Positions 6,033 to 11,452 of a stretch of 27,551 bases of DNA are shown here, one piece after another. Numbering within the stretch: the stretch's first letter is position 1; every line of letters begins with the position of its first letter. Origin of the DNA: a virus (taxonomy: Duplodnaviria > Heunggongvirae > Uroviricota > Caudoviricetes > Demerecviridae); the IMG/VR virus record IMGVR_UViG_3300042566_001359; one strand, given 5' to 3'. The notes beneath the pieces are model-generated. The model searched no databases. It had not been told where the DNA came from and saw nothing but the letters and a program-made list of their open reading frames with translations. A program made the position numbers and the translations under genes.

Positions 6033-6284
6033 TTATCTTTTTGGTTTAATCTTATAATATAAGATAATCCCAATAAATACGATGTTGGCGGTATAGTTGA
6101 ATATCAGGGGCCAATGCCATTTAGGGATAATATAAATAATAGTGAATATCTCACCAACGCCCCACATAATCAAAAAACTCCAAGTTAATCCGTCCGAGTT
6201 TTTGGTTTTATAAGATTCTATTGCTTGTGGTAATCCACAAAATGCCAATAATATAGAACCAATCCAGCCAATATATTCCATCAT
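6033..6284 (-). CDS. PQ-loop/SemiSWEET-family small membrane protein
   Basis: 83 aa, three hydrophobic segments, LPQAIESYKTKNSDGLTW PQ-loop signature; RBS GGAG. Confidence 0.8.
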   Translation of the reverse strand: MMEYIGWIGSILLAFCGLPQAIESYKTKNSDGLTWSFLIMWGVGEIFTIIYIIPKWHWPLIFNYTANIVFIGIILYYKIKPKR

Positions 6285-6397
6285 TTGATTATCTCCGTGA
6301 TAGTTTGAATTTGAAAAGGGTTAGTATCATATCTAGAATCTAACCGTTTATCTTCTGAAAAGTGCAAAACCAGTGCAATAATCCAAAGTATTTTCAT
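6281..6397 (-). CDS. 38-aa microprotein with hydrophobic N-terminus
   Basis: MKILWIIALVLHFSEDKRLDSRYDTNPFQIQTITEIIK; its stop overlaps the next start (ATGA). Confidence 0.5.
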   Translation of the reverse strand: MKILWIIALVLHFSEDKRLDSRYDTNPFQIQTITEIIK

Positions 6398-6434
6398 TTG
6401 GTTAATAATCGGGGTTATTAGCCCCGATTATTAT

Positions 6435-7133
6435 TTATTTTGCAACAAACCAGTTTTTAGTTTGAAAATCGCGCCAATTATAAGGCTTGATATTATCTTT
6501 CCAATTGCGTTTTTTGAGTATGGCTTTCAAAATCGGCAATTCAAAATCACGGGCATCTTCTAATGCGGTATGCGGTTCTTTTACAAACTCGCCATTAATA
6601 AAACCGCATACAATCTCCGCATTAGTTTGGAAAGTCATATTACCCTGAACAGTGGGTTTATTAAATGCGTGATTATCAAGGGCAAATTGGCGATAATCTT
6701 TTTTATTGCAAATATTACCAACTGAAGCAGACCACAAACAAAACTCTTGAGTAAAACCCGATAAATCAATTCCAGTATTAAGGCATTTTGATTTATCAAA
6801 AGCCAGATTATAGGCAGTCAATTGGGGATTATATTTGCCAATGGCTTGGTTAATCCATTTATTAATGGCATTAACTGAAGCCACCATTCTAGTGCCATTA
6901 TCTAACATAATAGCATAATTGGATTTACGTTTTTCCAAACCAGAATAACCCCAAATATCATTGGCCGCTTTATCATGAAACAATTCATGAGTGCCATAAT
7001 GACCGGCAACTAATACCGCACATTGATTATAAATTTTGCCTTCGCGGTCAACGATAATAATCGCAAAATCTGCGACTGTATCGGCCATTGTGGTTTCTGT
7101 ATCGAGAATCGCAAAATACTGTTTTTTAGCCAT
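6435..7133 (-). CDS. DEDDh (DnaQ-like) 3'-5' exonuclease
   Basis: ExoI LDTETT, ExoII YNLAFD, ExoIII HTALED. Probable start MAKKQYF at 7133. Confidence 0.85.
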   Translation of the reverse strand: MAKKQYFAILDTETTMADTVADFAIIIVDREGKIYNQCAVLVAGHYGTHELFHDKAANDIWGYSGLEKRKSNYAIMLDNGTRMVASVNAINKWINQAIGKYNPQLTAYNLAFDKSKCLNTGIDLSGFTQEFCLWSASVGNICNKKDYRQFALDNHAFNKPTVQGNMTFQTNAEIVCGFINGEFVKEPHTALEDARDFELPILKAILKKRNWKDNIKPYNWRDFQTKNWFVAK

Positions 7134-7243
7134 TTGGTTTCCAATTACCGGATACTGCCGGAATTCGCAGATTGTAGCGTTTTGCTGCAATAGAGTTATT
7201 ATACCCGATATTTTAGGAAATCGGGCAAAACCTGCAAATTATT

Positions 7244-7459
7244 TTAAAAAAAGTTGTTGTAAATTCCCAACAAGTTTGCCAAGAAAAATGTACCATTTAG
7301 TACACCAAGCGAACGATCACGGCGAACAAAAGCCACAATCAACCACGACAAAGAACCAAAAGTAAACAAAACGTACCCCAATTTAAACATTGCGCTTGCA
7401 ACTGCAAACGAACCCAAAATTGAAACCAAAGTACCAAACCAACTGAGAATATTAAGCAT
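7244..7459 (-). CDS. 71-aa three-TM membrane protein (possibly PnuC/SemiSWEET-like)
   Basis: MLNILSWFGTLVSILG...GSLSW...LNGTFFLANLLGIY. The start overlaps the SprT-like gene stop. Confidence 0.7.
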   Translation of the reverse strand: MLNILSWFGTLVSILGSFAVASAMFKLGYVLFTFGSLSWLIVAFVRRDRSLGVLNGTFFLANLLGIYNNFF

Positions 7460-7835
7460 TTTTTGTAATCGCCATTTTGTGAAAAGGATTTGCAGGTAAA
7501 CCATATTCTAACATGATTTTTTGCCAATTTTCGCCATGCCCGCAAATTTTTTCGGATTCGCCAAAAAGATTATAATCGGCTTGATGGATAATTTCATGCG
7601 GAAGTATTACATCAATCATTGTATTGAAGTATTCTGGTTTAGCTTTGAAAAATTTGTAACCCAAATGTATGCGGTTTTCAGTTTGAAAACATTTGCCAGC
7701 GCAACGCCAAATGTAAGGGTTAAGTTCTATCTTAGGCTCATTGTAGTGAACCAGTGGAGTATAAATTTCGCAAAGTGTATCCCAAATCATTACAGTCTCA
7801 CGCTGTATGAGGGTTAAGAGTGATTTTTTGTCCAT
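7452..7835 (-). CDS. SprT-like zinc metalloprotease
   Basis: PHEIIHQ (HExxH) plus GHGENWQKIM (HG..W) motif. Start MDKKS at 7835, apparently leaderless. Confidence 0.8.
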   Translation of the reverse strand: MDKKSLLTLIQRETVMIWDTLCEIYTPLVHYNEPKIELNPYIWRCAGKCFQTENRIHLGYKFFKAKPEYFNTMIDVILPHEIIHQADYNLFGESEKICGHGENWQKIMLEYGLPANPFHKMAITKNA

Positions 7836-7890
7836 GCTGAAATTATACCCCAATAAAACCCGATTTTTTCGCAGATCACATAAAAAGAAG

Positions 7891-7916
7891 TGTAACAGTT
7901 GGCCCACGCTGTTACA
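7891..7916. promoter_or_regulatory. operator-like inverted repeat TGTAACA-N12-TGTTACA
   Basis: TGTAACAG-10-CTGTTACA. The same 26-bp geometry occurs at 8939-8964. Confidence 0.6.
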
Positions 7917-7946
7917 ATTATTTATGTTGTTTTTTTGCAAAACCCC

Positions 7947-8028
7947 TTGACAGGGGCTAAAATTATGTGGTATAATTTTGGCGCAAACTGCAAACCAAAG
8001 TATTCATTTTGGTTTGCAAACAAAAGTG
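7947..8028 (+). promoter_or_regulatory. GGCGC-type promoter plus GCAAAC hairpin, copy 6
   Basis: TTGACA(7947)-18-TATAAT(7971)-TTTGGCGC. Hairpin TGCAAACCAAA-GTATTCAT-TTTGGTTTGCA at 7989-8018; the element abuts the stop at 8029. Confidence 0.8.
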
Positions 8029-8181
8029 TTACCTGTCAAAAATGAAATTTTTATATTCTCGCAGATTATCACGATAATTAAAAGTCATAATCATAAGAAC
8101 CGGCAACATTAATGTAATCAATATTTTATCCGGGCGATTATAAACAAAGTGTTTGATTAATCTTGCAAATGCTTTAATCAT
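8029..8181 (-). CDS. 50-aa hypothetical protein with a hydrophobic segment
   Basis: RBS AAGGA 7 nt before ATG 8181 (MIKAFARL...). Confidence 0.6.
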   Translation of the reverse strand: MIKAFARLIKHFVYNRPDKILITLMLPVLMIMTFNYRDNLREYKNFIFDR

Positions 8182-8182
8182 T

Positions 8183-8338
8183 TTATTTTCCTTGTTTATA
8201 TTTTCTACGATGTTGTTCAATATCTATGGTAACCCATTCAAATGCTTGTTTAATACCTATATAAATATATCCAAGTAACAGAACCGGAATTAAAAGATAT
8301 TCAAGATAATATGAAGCAATAAACCAGAATTTTTTCAT
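8183..8338 (-). CDS. 51-aa single-TM microprotein with basic tail
   Basis: MKKFWFIASYYLEYLLIPVLLLGYIYIGIKQAFEWVTIDIEQHRRKYKQGK; RBS GGAG. Confidence 0.65.
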   Translation of the reverse strand: MKKFWFIASYYLEYLLIPVLLLGYIYIGIKQAFEWVTIDIEQHRRKYKQGK

Positions 8339-8350
8339 TATATTCTCCAA

Positions 8351-8370
8351 ATAATCCCCTAGGGGATTAT
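8351..8370. repeat. 20-bp perfect palindrome after the dmp-like gene
   Basis: ATAATCCCCTAGGGGATTAT. Confidence 0.85.
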
Positions 8371-8373
8371 ATT

Positions 8374-8850
8374 TTAGTGACCTTGTTTGCTTGGAACATA
8401 AACCCCGCGAATATTAAAGCGATCACAAACCGCTTTTAAATAAGTGGTATTATCCTCATAAAATGTAAATTCAGCATCACGGAAATTCTTTAAATTAAAG
8501 AATTTAGCCAAACCCGCAATTTTGAGTTTACCGCCTGAAGTAGTATCACCATCACAACGACTGATAATATAATCAGGCTCACCCAAAACAGTTTTAATAA
8601 ACTCATTATCAGCATCACGCAAAACTCGCGCAGTGGCAATAATCACAAAAGTATTATCGTCTTGCAAATCTTTACGATATTGGGATGCTAATGGCAATAA
8701 TGAATCATCCATTGCACGATATTCATTCTGTCTCCAATAATCCAAATCAATACGTTCGCCATTATCGTCAACGATTGTACGATATCTGTGCAAACTGCAA
8801 ACAATAGTACCATCCATATCGTAAATCGAAACCTTTGTGATCTTAGCCAT
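8374..8850 (-). CDS. dmp: HAD-family deoxynucleoside-5'-monophosphatase (T5 Dmp-like)
   Basis: HAD motifs YDMDGT, ATAR, K, YEDN. The N-terminus ITKVSIYDMDGTIVCSLHR...DSLLPL...NTFVIIATAR parallels T5 Dmp as recalled. RBS AAGGA. Confidence 0.8.
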   Translation of the reverse strand: MAKITKVSIYDMDGTIVCSLHRYRTIVDDNGERIDLDYWRQNEYRAMDDSLLPLASQYRKDLQDDNTFVIIATARVLRDADNEFIKTVLGEPDYIISRCDGDTTSGGKLKIAGLAKFFNLKNFRDAEFTFYEDNTTYLKAVCDRFNIRGVYVPSKQGH

Positions 8851-8938
8851 TTTGCATCCTTGTGCGTTGTTGATGTAGTAATTATATCACGGGTTTAGGG
8901 ATTGTCTAGGCTTTTTTTGTTGTTGAGACAAAATAAAG

Positions 8939-9081
8939 TGTAACAATTGGCGGCGACTGTTACAATTGTTTTTTGCACAAACGGGCTTTTGTATGGTATA
9001 ATTATGTGGTGGTAATGTGTGCCAAAAATTTGGCGCCAACTTGCAAACAAAAGTATTCATTTTTGTTTGCAAACCAAAGCG
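8939..9081 (+). promoter_or_regulatory. TGTAACA operator, promoter and GGCGC/GCAAAC hairpin, copy 7 (with insertion)
   Basis: Inverted repeat at 8939-8964; TTGCAC(8973)-18-TATAAT(8997); TTGGCGCC at about 9030; hairpin at 9041-9072; abuts the stop at 9082. Confidence 0.7.
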
Positions 9082-9252
9082 TTACAATTTACCTTCCATT
9101 ATCAATTGACGTTCCGCATACAAAAGTATTCGTTTTTTATCCGCCTCACCTTCGCAATTTGGATATTCTAATTCTTTTTCAAGTTTATTAAAATATTCCA
9201 CCAATTCACACATTTTGCGAGTTAACTCATATTGTGGTTTGATAGTAATCAT
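9082..9252 (-). CDS. 56-aa hypothetical protein
   Basis: MITIKPQYELTRKMCELVEYFNKLEKELEYPNCEGEADKKRILLYAERQLIMEGKL; RBS AGGA. Confidence 0.65.
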   Translation of the reverse strand: MITIKPQYELTRKMCELVEYFNKLEKELEYPNCEGEADKKRILLYAERQLIMEGKL

Positions 9253-9254
9253 TT

Positions 9255-9386
9255 TCAGCATCCTGTCATCATTGCAAAATAATCTTCAAATTCTTGATCT
9301 GTCCAAACCCAACTAGGGCAGGTATTCATAAGCATATCATAATATATGCCGGACAAATTGTGGACAATGTAGGTGTTTGTGTTCAT
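9255..9386 (-). CDS. 43-aa hypothetical protein, apparently leaderless
   Basis: MNTNTYIVHNLSGIYYDMLMNTCPSWVWTDQEFEDYFAMMTGC; TGC-TATAAT-6 nt-ATG. Confidence 0.6.
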   Translation of the reverse strand: MNTNTYIVHNLSGIYYDMLMNTCPSWVWTDQEFEDYFAMMTGC

Positions 9387-9467
9387 AGGTGTATTATAGC
9401 AAAGAATCAAGCCTTTGACGATTGTATTTATTAATCAGCCCGATTTAAAAAATCAATCATGTAAGCG

Positions 9468-9600
9468 TTGACACGGGCACAAATTGTGTGGTATAATTTG
9501 GCGCCCATATATAAGCATATGCTTATATATGGATACGCTGATATATGGGCTGGGCGCAGTTGCAAACCAAAGTATTATATTTGGTTTGCAAACAAAAGTG
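9468..9600 (+). promoter_or_regulatory. GGCGC-type promoter, 28-bp palindrome and GCAAAC hairpin, copy 8
   Basis: TTGACA(9468)-18-TATAAT(9492)-TTGGCGC; CCATATATAAGCATATGCTTATATATGG (9505-32); hairpin at 9560-9591; abuts the stop at 9601. Confidence 0.8.
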
Positions 9601-9921
9601 TTAATTAAACATCATATCGCGCACAGCTTCTGCAACTTCTTCATTGCAGCGACATTGTACAGGCACAGCCCAAAATGCTCCACAATTCAAACGCTCAAGT
9701 GCAATATACTCGCCCATTTTGCGCTTGAATTCATCATCTTTAAAATCACATTGTGCGATTGCAACGTGGACAAACTCACTGCACAAATTGCCAGGCATTG
9801 CAGGCACAACCACCACGGTCAAGCCTTCTGCGGCAAAGCTAAAGATTTCACCGCCAGCACCCTCAACATTTTCTTTGAGTGCTTTACGGTATGCCTTTTG
9901 TTCACGGTTCAATTTAGTCAT
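9601..9921 (-). CDS. phage hypothetical protein
   Basis: 106 aa; RBS GGAG; own -10 at about 9946-51. Contains an A.C...D.F.RK.G..IAL.R motif common in small phage proteins. Confidence 0.75.
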   Translation of the reverse strand: MTKLNREQKAYRKALKENVEGAGGEIFSFAAEGLTVVVVPAMPGNLCSEFVHVAIAQCDFKDDEFKRKMGEYIALERLNCGAFWAVPVQCRCNEEVAEAVRDMMFN

Positions 9922-9965
9922 GTTACATTCTCCAGTTAAAAAACAATTATATCACAATGGTGGAT

Positions 9966-9986
9966 TGTAGGGGCAAAGCCCCTACA
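9966..9986. terminator. terminator-like hairpin after A2 paralogue 3
   Basis: TGTAGGGGC-AAA-GCCCCTACA. Confidence 0.65.
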
Positions 9987-9991
9987 GTTTA

Positions 9992-10315
9992 TCAGGTCTT
10001 TTCAGCCTTGATGAAATCCGCAATGGCTTTCAATGCTGTTTTGTTGGCTTTTGTCAGCGATTCAACATCAGCTTCATTCAAGCCCAATGCATCACCAATG
10101 TAATCGGCAACAGCATCCTTTTTGATTACAGCCTCACCAGTTTTGGATACATAAGTCTTAGCCACATAAACTTTCTCACGCGAAAGCTTGGCAACCACAG
10201 AACGCACAGTTTTGCCCAATGCTTCAGCAATGGTTTCCACAGTTTTACCGGCTTGATAGTCGGCAACCATTTGCAGGGTTTGCTCAGGGGTATAGTTCAC
10301 AGTTTTAGCAGTCAT
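9992..10315 (-). CDS. A2-like pre-early DNA-binding protein, paralogue 3
   Basis: Shares a 27-aa identical core GKTVRSVVAKLSREKVYVAKTYVSKTG with 5232-5564; RBS AAAGGA. Confidence 0.85.
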   Translation of the reverse strand: MTAKTVNYTPEQTLQMVADYQAGKTVETIAEALGKTVRSVVAKLSREKVYVAKTYVSKTGEAVIKKDAVADYIGDALGLNEADVESLTKANKTALKAIADFIKAEKT

Positions 10316-10328
10316 TTCAATTTTCCTT

Positions 10329-10415
10329 TCAGGGTTTCATTACAAAAGCAAAGTATATCACAAAAGGCAGGGCAATGCAAGCCATTGCCAACACCATGTC
10401 AAAAAATTCACGCAT
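10329..10415 (-). CDS. 28-aa single-TM microprotein
   Basis: MREFFDMVLAMACIALPFVIYFAFVMKP. The start overlaps the upstream stop (ATGCGTGA). Confidence 0.55.
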   Translation of the reverse strand: MREFFDMVLAMACIALPFVIYFAFVMKP

Positions 10416-10602
10416 TTTTAGCCTCACATTCGGCCGCATAAGCCAACATATTTTGTGCATCACACAGTGCATTATATGCTTTGCGAACCAAAGTATCCTT
10501 ATCGATACCTTCGCTATTTTGAGCACGATAGTATGCAACCAATTTTTCAGCATATGCAAGAGCAAGTGTTTGTGTTTGTGTCATAGTGTCTTTCGTTGTC
10601 AT
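10408..10602 (-). CDS. 64-aa helical hypothetical protein, first gene of the - strand cluster
   Basis: ORF track; TATAAT (10609-14)-6 nt-ATG. Confidence 0.65.
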   Translation of the reverse strand: MTTKDTMTQTQTLALAYAEKLVAYYRAQNSEGIDKDTLVRKAYNALCDAQNMLAYAAECEAKNA

Positions 10603-10864
10603 GGGTTTATTATATCATGCTTTTGCAGTTGGTCAACAGTTTAATTGAACTGTTACAAACTGTTACATGTTAGCTAGTTGGTTCACAAATCTGTTAGGAA
10701 ACAAAAGTACTCATATTATAGTAGGTTTACAAACAAACTGACTAGGGGCGGTTAGTAGACTAAAGTTTACACATACGCCGTGGCACCCACCCACACGCGG
10801 CCTATGGGGTAAAAATCCCAAAACCATCTGGGTGCCGTACCATGCCTCAGCCGACCCTAAACCG

Positions 10865-10912
10865 CCCCCATCGTCCCCATCGTCCCAAATCATCCCAACT
10901 GACCCAAACCCC
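10865..10912 (-). other. G-quadruplex-consensus tract
   Basis: Six C3-C5 runs on + (G runs on -) separated by 5, 5, 7, 6 and 3 nt. Confidence 0.6.
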
Positions 10913-10927
10913 ACTAAAAAAATCCAC

Positions 10928-10957
10928 TTGTGAGATCACCCGCCCCCATGGTATAAT
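10928..10957 (+). promoter_or_regulatory. promoter of the terminase genes
   Basis: TTGTGA-18-TATAAT with TGn; RBS AAGGA before ATG 10976. Confidence 0.7.
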
Positions 10958-10975
10958 TGCCCCAAAGGATACCCT

Positions 10976-11452
10976 ATGCAACAAAACCTACCTGCTGAAA
11001 CACTGCAAATTGCCCCAGAAATGTTGGAAGTGGCCAACTGCTACCTGCAACTATGTGACGCCCGACGTGTGGCTGATGAGCTGGACTTGGCTCCAACACT
11101 GGTCACCGAGATCTTAGCCCGACGCGAGGTCAAAGCGTATATCGACCATGTGTTCATGGACACTGGCTACAACAACAAGTTTCAAATGCGTGCTGCCATG
11201 GACGCACTGCTCAAACAAAAGTTTCAAGAGCTGCATGAATCCCAAACTGGCAGCACCAAGGATATTGCTGAGCTGCTACAAATATCGCATAAAATGAGCA
11301 TGGATTTACTAGACCGTGAAATTCAGTTGGAAAAACTGCGTCAGGGTCCAGGCGGCCCCAGCAAACAAGTAAACGTTCAAATCAATGAAGGACTAGACGG
11401 ATCAAAGTATTCGCAGCTGGTGTCACGTCTTATTAGTGGTGAAGGAGTCTAA
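10976..11452 (+). CDS. terS: terminase small subunit, T5-type
   Basis: 158 aa with N-terminal HTH and EVKAYIDHVFMDTGYNN...KDIAELLQISHKM, matching the T5 TerS pattern. Its stop overlaps the terL start. Confidence 0.85.
   Translation: MQQNLPAETLQIAPEMLEVANCYLQLCDARRVADELDLAPTLVTEILARREVKAYIDHVFMDTGYNNKFQMRAAMDALLKQKFQELHESQTGSTKDIAELLQISHKMSMDLLDREIQLEKLRQGPGGPSKQVNVQINEGLDGSKYSQLVSRLISGEGV

Noticed and set aside
9505-9532. Protelomerase (tos/telRL) target
   Set aside because: The palindrome occurs in more than one variant, no protelomerase is seen, and T5-like phages use direct terminal repeats.
7989-9603. Integron attC sites (stop codon within TAAC followed by a hairpin)
   Set aside because: No RYYYAAC/GTTRRRY core pair, no extrahelical-base pattern and no integrase; only the architecture is reminiscent.
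10711-11117. ORFs 10711-10914 (-) and 10842-11117 (+)
   Set aside because: Low-complexity products of the G/C-skewed tract; they overlap the terS promoter and start.
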